Shown: piece by piece, positions 18,465-28,100 of the stretch | How positions within the stretch are numbered: the first letter of the stretch is position 1 | Layout: every line of letters starts with the position of its first letter | Virus record (IMG/VR): IMGVR_UViG_3300023174_003073 | Span: 96,001 to 160,000 of that record | DNA length: 64,000 nucleotides | Source of the DNA: a virus | Direction: 5' to 3' (one strand) | Position numbers and translations under genes: made by a program | The notes under the pieces: generated by a model | What the model was told of the DNA's origin: nothing | Seen by the model: the letters and a program-made list of their open reading frames with translations, nothing else | The model's database searches: none

Positions 18465-18714
18465 ATGCTTCGTTTAACTGTTCAAGTTTTTCAATATGGT
18501 CTGGATAGACCTTCTTATAGTATTCAATTAAGGTATCCCAAGGTAAATTCATTACCTGTCCTTGAATAACATTTTTCTGAACATTCTTTTCTTTAAAATC
18601 CAAAATAATATTACATTGAGTAATATCTTTTTCCTTTAGATTTTTAGAAATCTCTACTTGTTCGTCAATCTTGCCATCGGGCTTTCTTACGTATGTTACT
18701 AAAAAATATCTCAT
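18463..18714 (-). CDS. hypothetical protein
   Basis: ORF track; operon context. Confidence 0.7.
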   Translation of the reverse strand: MRYFLVTYVRKPDGKIDEQVEISKNLKEKDITQCNIILDFKEKNVQKNVIQGQVMNLPWDTLIEYYKKVYPDHIEKLEQLNEA

Positions 18715-18721
18715 ATTATTC

Positions 18722-19645
18722 TCAACTTGTTAATTCTACTAATGTAGCCGCAAGACTAATCTCAGGGATTCCAACTAGTGATAAGTTTGCTAGACCATTA
18801 CGAATGATAATAATACTAGCATCACGTTTTTCTGCACTACTACCCCACAAATCTAAGTTGTTATACATCCAAACATAGATATCTTCTAAACGACTTGGAT
18901 ACAAACTCAAATGCTGTAGTAATTGCTGACGACCTTCTAAAATCTTTCCGGCTTTAAACAATTCAGTTGCTTCAAACAATAGACCATCTTCACTGTTGCT
19001 TGCGTCTACAGGTGGCAATAATTTGCCTGTACTACTATTTACTTGAATCTGATTCAAGCATTTACGTAAGTCTGGATATGTAGCACTTACATAGCTATCT
19101 AATATCTCTAATTCAAAATCAATGTTTTCAGCCACTAGAACAGTTGCGGCACGTGCTGTAAATTCTGTCTTGTCTGTTTTAGTTATTCTAAATTCATGGC
19201 ATCTGCTTTTAAGTGCAGGGATAATTCTATGTTCATAGTTGCAAGTTAGAATAAATCGTGCAGTCATATGATATGCTTCCATATCATTACGCAATGCTGC
19301 CTGACCTGCTGGTGTTAGATAATCAGCTTCATCTAACAAAACAACTTTAAACTTACCAAAGGGCATTGTTTGTACAAAGCCAATGATTTTGTTTCGTACT
19401 ACATCAACACTATTTTCACGTGACGCATTGATTTCCAATACATCATATTCTTCTACACCTAATTCTTGTATAAGAACTTTTGCAAGCGTAGTCTTACCTG
19501 TACCGGGCTCACCACTCAATAATAGATGCGGAATGCTTTCATTTGCAATCCAACCAGTAACTTGCTCTTTCTGTCTATCGTCAACAAAGACATAATCATT
19601 TACAGAATGAGGTCTGTAAGCCTCTACCCAGAGTTGGTTTTTCAT
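18722..19645 (-). CDS. gp44: clamp loader AAA+ subunit (T4 gp44 / RFC small subunit-like)
   Basis: LWVEAYRP, GEPGTGKTT, EINAS, LDEAD and ALKSRC (SRC motif). Confidence 0.92.
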   Translation of the reverse strand: MKNQLWVEAYRPHSVNDYVFVDDRQKEQVTGWIANESIPHLLLSGEPGTGKTTLAKVLIQELGVEEYDVLEINASRENSVDVVRNKIIGFVQTMPFGKFKVVLLDEADYLTPAGQAALRNDMEAYHMTARFILTCNYEHRIIPALKSRCHEFRITKTDKTEFTARAATVLVAENIDFELEILDSYVSATYPDLRKCLNQIQVNSSTGKLLPPVDASNSEDGLLFEATELFKAGKILEGRQQLLQHLSLYPSRLEDIYVWMYNNLDLWGSSAEKRDASIIIIRNGLANLSLVGIPEISLAATLVELTS

Positions 19646-19974
19646 CGTTTTAGTGCTTCGTAAGTGATAATATGATTAAGTGATTCGCCCAAGTCTTTAT
19701 CATGGGGTATAATATGCAATGAGTTTTTCATTCTGTCTGATTTTTCATCATATTGACGCAACTCAACTACATGCCCACCGTTAGCAGGATATAAATTAAA
19801 GCAAGTGCCACGACTTTCTAATTCACCAGATGAATCATGTCTTACTGGATTAAGACGAACATTGTTTTGTCTTTTACTACCAGTAATAGCAAGATTGGGA
19901 CCTTCGTCTGCTTCTTGCGGAATATTGTTTGCCCAGTGAACTTTCTTCATAAACCATTTATCAAACCACTTCAT
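19642..19974 (-). CDS. hypothetical protein
   Basis: ORF track; ATGA overlap with gp44. Confidence 0.7.
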   Translation of the reverse strand: MKWFDKWFMKKVHWANNIPQEADEGPNLAITGSKRQNNVRLNPVRHDSSGELESRGTCFNLYPANGGHVVELRQYDEKSDRMKNSLHIIPHDKDLGESLNHIITYEALKR

Positions 19975-19976
19975 TT

Positions 19977-20345
19977 TTATCCTTTATCACCAAATGTTAA
20001 ATCATTGACGGGTTCGTCAGATATGAGTAGTATATCATTTTCATCAACTCTACGCAATGTCTTTTCGCCCGTTTCATCTTCAACATCGATGCCACGTGTC
20101 CATCTTCCATGTGCAATGCAAATCCATTTGCCCACTTTGATTTCATCGTCTTGGAATTGGTCACCCAGTGCATATACTTGTGCCCATCGTGGTCTGATAC
20201 CATTATCTTTACGATTGTCTGATGGGATGATAATACCACCATAACTAATACGTTCATCAAATTCCATATCACTTACAATGATATGTTTACCAATTGGTTT
20301 AAAATTTTCTTTCTTAAACTTATGTGGTTCAAATGCTAACTTCAT
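19977..20345 (-). CDS. groES: GroES-like co-chaperonin
   Basis: KPIGKHIIV...GGIIIP...VYALG...IKVG...ENDIL pattern. Confidence 0.75.
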   Translation of the reverse strand: MKLAFEPHKFKKENFKPIGKHIIVSDMEFDERISYGGIIIPSDNRKDNGIRPRWAQVYALGDQFQDDEIKVGKWICIAHGRWTRGIDVEDETGEKTLRRVDENDILLISDEPVNDLTFGDKG

Positions 20346-20710
20346 TTCTTTGCTTTCGGTTTTGTAACTTCAACTTCTTCAACTTCTTCGTAGTCATCAA
20401 ATTCTTCAAACGCTTGTTGTTCTTCAGGATTTAATTCTGTTGCAATTACTTCTGCAATTACATCCGGAGTAGGCGGAACCGTAATAGGCTCAACTACTTC
20501 ATGTTCATCTTCCTGTATATTAGAAGGAAGTCTCACTGTTTTCTTATACAAACTGTTAACCCGTTGTGTATTTTCCTGCACTACACGCCCGTGACTATCA
20601 ATCACATCGCCCCTAGCATTAACATTCATGTTTCCTACAGCACGTACTTTTTCATTCTGTGCTACTAATACAGACATATCAATTGTTTTTCCTAATGCCG
20701 ATCTATGCAT
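20342..20710 (-). CDS. hypothetical protein
   Basis: ORF track; GGAG RBS. Confidence 0.7.
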   Translation of the reverse strand: MHRSALGKTIDMSVLVAQNEKVRAVGNMNVNARGDVIDSHGRVVQENTQRVNSLYKKTVRLPSNIQEDEHEVVEPITVPPTPDVIAEVIATELNPEEQQAFEEFDDYEEVEEVEVTKPKAKK

Positions 20711-20720
20711 AATTTTCTCC

Positions 20721-21227
20721 TTATTTTAAGAACTCGTCAATAGACAAGTCATAATGCAAACTATTTATACGGTGTATACCCAGCAAAAACAGAACATAGC
20801 TGGATACACTACTACCACGACCTACTCCCCAAACTACTTTGTTTGCTCTCATAGTGTCAACTAGGTATTTACAATAACGCAATAATTGGAACAAATCTCG
20901 TTGCTGATATAATATCAATTCTTGCCCAACTCTTTGCAATTCTGCATTAGTTTGACAAAGGTCTAGTACATATTTGGCTATATCTAATTGATTGTATTCT
21001 TCTGGTATAAACCAATTACGTTGTAGTTGTTTGTCAAACTCTTCCTTCGACAGAGTTTGTTGTTTGTATTTTTTGAATGTGGGTATATTTTCTATCTCTA
21101 AATCTTTATCAAAATAGATATCATCAGAGACTAATGCATTTTTGATTTTTATGTTTGGGTCAGATAAAAAGGCACTACATAAGTCCATTTCATCTAATAT
21201 TTGTTGACCGTATATATCAATTTGCAT
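20721..21227 (-). CDS. dnaE: DNA polymerase III alpha (DnaE)-like fragment, N-terminal palm part
   Basis: RVGQEL...WGVGRGSSVSSYVLFLLGIHRINSLHYDLSIDEFL matches DnaE GPGRGS..GSLVAY.L.IT..DP....LLFERFL. Confidence 0.8.
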   Translation of the reverse strand: MQIDIYGQQILDEMDLCSAFLSDPNIKIKNALVSDDIYFDKDLEIENIPTFKKYKQQTLSKEEFDKQLQRNWFIPEEYNQLDIAKYVLDLCQTNAELQRVGQELILYQQRDLFQLLRYCKYLVDTMRANKVVWGVGRGSSVSSYVLFLLGIHRINSLHYDLSIDEFLK

Positions 21228-21232
21228 ACGCT

Positions 21233-21261
21233 ATGATAACATAGTTTCTGCAAGAATACAA
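21233..21261 (-). promoter_or_regulatory. sigma70-type promoter TTGTAT-17-TATCAT (extended -10 TG), leaderless
   Basis: ATG 5 nt after the -10 box; no RBS. Confidence 0.6.
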
Positions 21262-21276
21262 TAGCTATTTGCCCGT

Positions 21277-21507
21277 TTAGGTTTTGTCGATTTGGATATT
21301 GTTTTGGATGTTTTGTTTCTTGTACAATTCATCCATTCTTTTGGCATATTCTTTGTTATAGCCCTCAAGCACCATACTGATTTGGTTAACTAAAAATTCT
21401 TTACCACTACGATGTGCAAAGGTTAGTTTACCGGTAAGGTCTTGTATAGATGCTTGTAATTCATCTATGGTCTTTTTTGATATATCAGGCATGAAAGGAT
21501 GTTCCAT
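21277..21507 (-). CDS. hypothetical coiled-coil protein
   Basis: ORF track. Confidence 0.65.
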   Translation of the reverse strand: MEHPFMPDISKKTIDELQASIQDLTGKLTFAHRSGKEFLVNQISMVLEGYNKEYAKRMDELYKKQNIQNNIQIDKT

Positions 21508-21509
21508 AA

Positions 21510-22322
21510 TTATACTCCGCCGTAAATTCCGTCACCAATCTTGCCCCAAATTGGTGTAGTACCATCATATGTACCAACACATATATAAACAAAACTACCA
21601 TCTGTACAAATTGCACCGGGTGCATCTCCTGGTGATCCCAATTCACCAGGATAACGTAATCCAATATAACTTGAAAGTCTACTTCTATTCAATGGGAATA
21701 TAGTTAATGTTGTTCCACAATTTACAGTAGTGATTTTAAACTGTAATTCTTTAACACCTGCAGCCGCAGTAATTTCATTTGTAAAACTTGCATTTACTCC
21801 AGGACCACCCGGGCTATAATAGTTTTCTAATAAAGACACTGTTGTATCCATACCACCTACTAATATTGCACTTGAATTATATTGACTTGATGGGAAATAT
21901 ATTTTATAACCCTCACTGTAATCAATATTCAAATTCAATTGTACGCTAGATTGTGTTCCAGTAGGTGCCCAACCTGCAAAACTGATTGTAGTGTCTCCGG
22001 TAATAGTACCATATTGAACGTCACCTTTACTTACATCAACAACTAACGTATCATTTATTTCTGCACCTAAATTGTAAGTTGCTGTTCTAAAACTTCTAAC
22101 GCTAGCATTACTAATTAATGCTCCTGCTAAATTATTATCTAAAGATGTTCCGGATAAAGGTGACTTTAAAAGTACTTTATTTTGTAAGTCAGTTAACTCT
22201 GTCTTGGTAGTATCCAAATTGTTTTTGATACTGGCAAAGTTGTCTCTGAATCCTTGGCTATTATTATTGACCCCGGGAACAGGATAATTTACATCAATTG
22301 CGCTTGTATTTAATGAACTCAT
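21510..22322 (-). CDS. virion structural protein (fibre/baseplate-associated)
   Basis: YPVPGVNNNSQGFRDNF plus coiled-coil N-terminus; G.PGD..G C-terminal motif; TATAAATA at 22341-22348. Confidence 0.6.
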   Translation of the reverse strand: MSSLNTSAIDVNYPVPGVNNNSQGFRDNFASIKNNLDTTKTELTDLQNKVLLKSPLSGTSLDNNLAGALISNASVRSFRTATYNLGAEINDTLVVDVSKGDVQYGTITGDTTISFAGWAPTGTQSSVQLNLNIDYSEGYKIYFPSSQYNSSAILVGGMDTTVSLLENYYSPGGPGVNASFTNEITAAAGVKELQFKITTVNCGTTLTIFPLNRSRLSSYIGLRYPGELGSPGDAPGAICTDGSFVYICVGTYDGTTPIWGKIGDGIYGGV

Positions 22323-22351
22323 AGTTTGTATTCCATATTGTATTTATAGTG

Positions 22352-24505
22352 TTAAGCATTGGGTAAAATTGTTTTTCTAGGGAATAAAACGACAACATCA
22401 TATTTATCCAAAGGATCCGGAACTGGAGTAGCACTAGGTAAATCAGTCCAAGCAGGAACTGATAGTTTAGTATTCCAATTATAAGTTGCACTCTTGTCTA
22501 CCATTAACCTATCTATAGTAAAATCAATTTCATTTAGTTTATGTGACCAATTATTATTAATTAGGTCTTTAATAACTGTTGCTTTACCTGGCTTAGTATA
22601 ACATATCACCCATGCTTGAACAAAACCTAATGTTTCACTATTTGTTTGCTGTGTTACCATCCACTTAGGTAACAATCTACTATCAAAATTTTGTGTCATA
22701 GCTGTAGTAATACTGGATCTCATATTCTGCAATCCTGCAGGATATAATATACGAACTGATCCTGGACTTTGACTGGTTTTAATTGATCCACTACTAATTG
22801 AATACTGTGTTGTGTTAGTAACAAACGACCCTTGACGTAGACTGATATTCTTATACCAGTGTAAATCATCTGCTAATTTATTACCATCAATACTTTCTAA
22901 GTCATCTATAATTTTACTATATACAACTTCATATAGAATATTGCCATTATCGTCGGTTGCTACAGCAGTGTCAATTGGACCCAATACAATTTTTCGTCTA
23001 TAATGATTTTTTTGTATAGCATCAATGTATTTCTCTAGTGTGCTTGATTCCATGCCATAAACATGAACAAAACTAACATCTTTTGCTTTTCCAAAATACA
23101 TATCATCTGCTCTGAATAGGTATTCATCTGGAATTAATGTCTTGTCCGTAAGTAGAGATTGAATTGTTCGCTTTCCTTTTAAATCAGGAAGTGCTTTTAG
23201 ATATATATTTTCAAGTGGGTTAGGGTAATATTGATTTACGTTAATCGTAAATGTTTTAAAACTATGAAGTAAAGGGTATTCAGGGGAAAAACTTTCAACA
23301 GTAAAAGTAAAAAGTGTATCAGCACCCTCAGGTAATGCTCTTAGTGTTCCGGGTTGTTCTGCTACTCGACCTGTTATTTCACCGTTACTTTGTAAAATTA
23401 AATTATTCGGTAGTGAGCCTGATGTTATTCTATAATTAAGTATATGTGCTGATGTTGCTTTAACCTGTAACATACTAATTGTACCATTCAATATGGTTCC
23501 TAAACTAGTATCAGTATCCCAAACAATATCTTCGTCTATTTCATTTTTAATAGTAAAAACAAATGTTTCTTTTTTAGAAACTAATGCAGGCTTTATTTTT
23601 TTAGCAACAGTAACAGAAATAGTATAACTAAAAACACCCTTTCTTTCCAATATTGGTTTTCCAGTAATCCACCCAGTTGTTTTATTCCCTACTAAACCTT
23701 TAGGCAAATCACCATACTGATATATGAAATCATTATTATCAAAATCTTCACCTAGGATTTTAAATGAAAAATATTCATTGGCTTTAATTGTAGGAAGTGT
23801 TCTGTTATTTAAAACATAATAATCATAGTAAGGATCGTCAGGAAGAATAGGTTCAGACTTTGGTTTTCTATTTAAAATTACAGGGATTCTTGTGTTTTGT
23901 AATCCACCTAATTCTTTGTTACGTACTTCAATTGAATACACAACAGTATCATTTCCTAATTCACTGGTTAATTGAACTGAGAATGTATATGTTTTTGTTG
24001 TAGGACTTCTGTCACCTAACACTGGTTTATCAGGATATCCCTTAATAAGACCGGTAGAATTTATATACAATCCCGGAGGTAAACTACCAGATGAAATTGA
24101 TGTGGTTACAACATTATCTGCGGAAGGATTAGAATATTTCAATTGATAAGAAACATACACACTATCAATTACATGTAGTATAGTTCCCGGTAATGTAGTT
24201 AGTTTAGGTTTATTTTCTGCACCTGAAATACTTATATTAAAGGATCTGTCTCGGATATTATTTAAATCGTCTGTTGCACGTATAGTGAAATTATATTCCT
24301 GAACAGTTGATGTATTTACTGGCGTACCAGAAATTGTTCCAAATCGACTTAAAGTGGTACCTACAGGTATCATACCACTTAGTAATTTATATTGGACTAA
24401 TGTTGCAGGAAACACCGCACCTGCACTTAACTGAACTACAAGAGGTAATCCTGTTGGGAAGGTACCTAAGTAACCTGAATTTGTAATCCAATTTGGTTGT
24501 GACAT
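22352..24505 (-). CDS. virion protein with putative Ig (He_PIG-like) repeats, baseplate-associated
   Basis: Repeated SGxLPxGLxxxxxGxIxGxP units. Confidence 0.7.
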   Translation of the reverse strand: MSQPNWITNSGYLGTFPTGLPLVVQLSAGAVFPATLVQYKLLSGMIPVGTTLSRFGTISGTPVNTSTVQEYNFTIRATDDLNNIRDRSFNISISGAENKPKLTTLPGTILHVIDSVYVSYQLKYSNPSADNVVTTSISSGSLPPGLYINSTGLIKGYPDKPVLGDRSPTTKTYTFSVQLTSELGNDTVVYSIEVRNKELGGLQNTRIPVILNRKPKSEPILPDDPYYDYYVLNNRTLPTIKANEYFSFKILGEDFDNNDFIYQYGDLPKGLVGNKTTGWITGKPILERKGVFSYTISVTVAKKIKPALVSKKETFVFTIKNEIDEDIVWDTDTSLGTILNGTISMLQVKATSAHILNYRITSGSLPNNLILQSNGEITGRVAEQPGTLRALPEGADTLFTFTVESFSPEYPLLHSFKTFTINVNQYYPNPLENIYLKALPDLKGKRTIQSLLTDKTLIPDEYLFRADDMYFGKAKDVSFVHVYGMESSTLEKYIDAIQKNHYRRKIVLGPIDTAVATDDNGNILYEVVYSKIIDDLESIDGNKLADDLHWYKNISLRQGSFVTNTTQYSISSGSIKTSQSPGSVRILYPAGLQNMRSSITTAMTQNFDSRLLPKWMVTQQTNSETLGFVQAWVICYTKPGKATVIKDLINNNWSHKLNEIDFTIDRLMVDKSATYNWNTKLSVPAWTDLPSATPVPDPLDKYDVVVLFPRKTILPNA

Positions 24506-24506
24506 A

Positions 24507-25130
24507 TTAATGTCCTTGCAATAAATCTAACGCAAGATGATAATGATGCTGTCTATCTTCCAATCCAATAGTTCCGCCGTTAATGCGTTTTGTTAGTGTA
24601 ACAAAATCATCATTGTCACAGTATTGATTTAAATTGTTATTGTCCCAGAACCAACCAGCAGAACTGACTGCACCTTCGGGTGTTTCTAAGTAAGCAACTG
24701 TTTCTTCAACACTAATACCTAAATCGGCTGCAAACTTAGTATAGTTGGCGCGACCGGTCAATTGAATTAAACCACGACCACAGAAACGATATCCGTCTCC
24801 ACTTGCCTCGTCACCGTTACTCATGCGATTTGCATAAACACGATTAGCAATCTTTTCAGGCTTACGTTCATATTGTCTTGCTAAGTCATCAGTGGGGAAA
24901 TACTTTTTAAAAGTACCCATCAATCCTTTAGCACTATAGTTTAGATTCTCTTTAACAAAATTAAAACCACCTGATTCATGTGCAGTCTGTGCAACGAATG
25001 CTGCCGCTCTACGCATGTTATCATACATGTCATAGTATTCTGCAACTTCATGCAAAGGTTGTGCATATACTTGTAGTACTGTTGCTTTTGTCTTTGGGCA
25101 TAATGCCTTTAATAATTCTAATGTTATCAT
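24507..25130 (-). CDS. glycoside hydrolase family 19 endolysin
   Basis: AQTAHESGG, ENLNYS, GRGLIQLTG and TKRINGG motifs. Start moved to MITLELL (AAGGA RBS). Confidence 0.9.
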   Translation of the reverse strand: MITLELLKALCPKTKATVLQVYAQPLHEVAEYYDMYDNMRRAAAFVAQTAHESGGFNFVKENLNYSAKGLMGTFKKYFPTDDLARQYERKPEKIANRVYANRMSNGDEASGDGYRFCGRGLIQLTGRANYTKFAADLGISVEETVAYLETPEGAVSSAGWFWDNNNLNQYCDNDDFVTLTKRINGGTIGLEDRQHHYHLALDLLQGH

Positions 25131-25141
25131 AATTTTTCCTT

Positions 25142-28100
25142 TTAAGCGTAAACTGCTGTTAGAGCATACCATTTAGTTAAACTACCTGCAACTAAATGTA
25201 TTCTTGCTCCTGGTCCTAATGGATAAGAAGCAATGCCTTCGACTGTTACTCCTGTACCTTGTGGCAGAATATTAATAGTCTGTGCTGAGTCATTAAACAC
25301 ATACAATTGTCTACCAATAGAAACTGTAGGTGTTAATACATTATACGGGGTTGCACCTACCGCTGTAATAATGTTAATTGTTTTATTCATAACCGGATTG
25401 TTAGAGGCTGCAGTTAGACCCTGATTTGAACTGAAGTTAACATGACTATCTGCGGCGTCAGTAACAACTAAACCACCTAATGTTGCTAAACCAGTACTAA
25501 TACCATTCGTAACTGTTAGGCTGTTTAGTGTACCTACACCAGTAATGTTAGTATATGACCCTGGGGCAATACCATAAGTTAATGATGAACTTGATACATT
25601 ACCAATAATATTTGCACCGTTGGCTGCTGTAATAAAGAAACCATTTGCAAGTATGTTACCTGCATTTAAGTTACCTGCTAATGAAAGAGCACCGTTTGTA
25701 GTAAATGTTGCATTACTTGCACCTGCGCCAACAACTAAACTAATCAAATTACCAACTTGTGTAATTGCTGTTTGTGAACTACCAGTGACAGTTGTTGCGC
25801 TGCCTGCAGTTGATGCTGTGTTGGCTGCACTTGCTAGTGCTACGTAACCTGTAACATTTCCACCAACTAAATTAGACAAGCCACTACCCACACCAGTAAA
25901 TGCGCTGGCAATTATATTACCTGTTGCTGTTAATCCACCACCAAATGTAGCTGAACCAGTACTTATTAAGAATGGTCTAATATTCAATGATGCAAGTGTT
26001 GTAACAATTGCTCCGGTGGGAGTTAATGTTGCAGTAAACGTAAATGTTCTTGCACCGGTTACTGTGATGACGAACCAATTTGGATTACCACCACCAACGT
26101 TTGGTGGGTTAGTTGTCGCTGTCGTACCAGTTAATGTAATCTCAGTGCCTGTTGTTGCATTATGATTTGTAGAAGTAGTTACAGTTATTAAATTACCAAC
26201 GTTAGTAATAGAAGTGATACCAATTAATGTACTAGGTAAACTTAAATTTCCTACGTTTGCTGTTCCGGTAACTGCTAATATACCACTAGCTACTAAGTTA
26301 GCTCCTGAGACATTTCCTGATACTGAAACTAATGTACCATTGATATCTCTAGTTGTGATGTTACCTATGCTTGCATTTCCAGTAACTGTCAATAATCCAT
26401 TGGTTACTAAGTTGCCACCTGATATATTACCAACAGCAGTCATTATACCACTAGATTTCAAAATACCTGCCTCAACATTGCCACTTAGGAACATATGTGG
26501 TGCAGAAAGATTACCAGCAAAACTAGATTGTGCAGTACCAGTGACTGTCAGTACACCACCAATGCTAGCCTCGCCAGTTGAAGTGATAGAACCCGGTGTA
26601 GTTAAGTTACCAAATCTTGCATTACCTGTTATGTTTGCATTTGCACCATTAAAGTCACTTGCTTGGAAAGTTGTTCCTGAAATCAATGAAGAAACAGATA
26701 AGTTTATTAGACCAGTTAAACTTCCTAAAATTTCAGCATTACCACCTACTCTTAATCGTCCGTCAAATATACCTGAACCTGCACTAGTAATTAAAGGTCT
26801 TACTGTAATCGTAATTGTTCCGCCTAATGTACCTGTTGGGGCAACTGCGGCTGTTACAGTGAATGTTGTTGGGTTACCACCTGAGTTAGGTGTAGCAGGT
26901 ACAGTTGTTACTAAGAATACCCCGTTTGGTGCATTTGTACCTGTAGTTGTAACTCCGGATATTACTACTTCAGTACCAACAGTTAAACCATGTGCTATAG
27001 TACTTGTAACAGTAATTGCAGTGCCTACATATGAAACAGATATTGTTCCTGACAATGTAGTTGCGGTTGGGAATCTTAAATTACCAACATTAGCTTGTCC
27101 TGACACTAATAATGCACCACCAACGTTAGCATTACCAGATGCTACTACGTGTGTCATACTTGCATTACCAACGATAGCATTACCTCTAACGTTTAAAATA
27201 CCTAACGTTTCTATATTACCGTGTGTACTATTACCTGATATGTTTGCAGTTGCTATGTTTGCAATACCGGTAATATTAGCATTAGCTGATTTAAGTAAAC
27301 CATTTAGTGTTGTAATATCACCAGTAGATGTAATATGCATTACATCAGCAATATTACCTATGTTCGCATTTGCAGTTACTCTAAACACACTACCAGAGAA
27401 GTTTGCATTACCTGTTGAATCGATATGTAATGATGTTAGCGTACCGGTAATATTTGAACTTAATGCTTTAATTAAACCTGTATTAGCATATAAACTGCCC
27501 GCAGTTTCTAACATAGCAACGTTTGCTATACCAGTAACATTAGCATTTTGTGAAACTAAATAACCAGAGGTAGCAGATACGTTACCTAATGCAACAACGC
27601 TAGACGTATTGACATTACCGGCGGATACATTTCCGGCAATACTTGCAGAACCAGCACTAGATAATATAGGTCTAATTGTAATAGAAGTACTTGCCCCTAC
27701 AGTAATTGGTGCTGAAGGTGCTACATTAACTATAAATTCGAATCTGTTTGCATCAACTATATTAGAAACAGTCCAAGTACCATTAGTTGTTGTACTTGCA
27801 TTTGTTACAACAATTGTTGCTCCAACTACTGTCATACCGTGAGGATCTACAGTAGTAACACGAATAGTCGTACCAACATACAATATTGATGTAATCTTAG
27901 ATGTACCGGTTAGTACAACTGTTGGTAAAGTCATATGCGATACATTAGCTGTACCAGCAACAGTCAATTGTCCAGGTGTTGATAAGTTACCACCAGTCAA
28001 TGTATTAGTTGCAACTAAGTTTGCAGCCTGAACATTTGCTTGAGATGTAATATTACCTGCTTGTGTTACTTCACCAAATTGTGCTTCTGCTGACACATTG

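Noticed and set aside
20721-21227. Split intein joining the DnaE halves (as in cyanobacterial DnaE)
   Set aside because: The N-half ends at DEFLK with no intein N-domain, and the C-half starts directly at the DxD motif with no HN-C/S junction.
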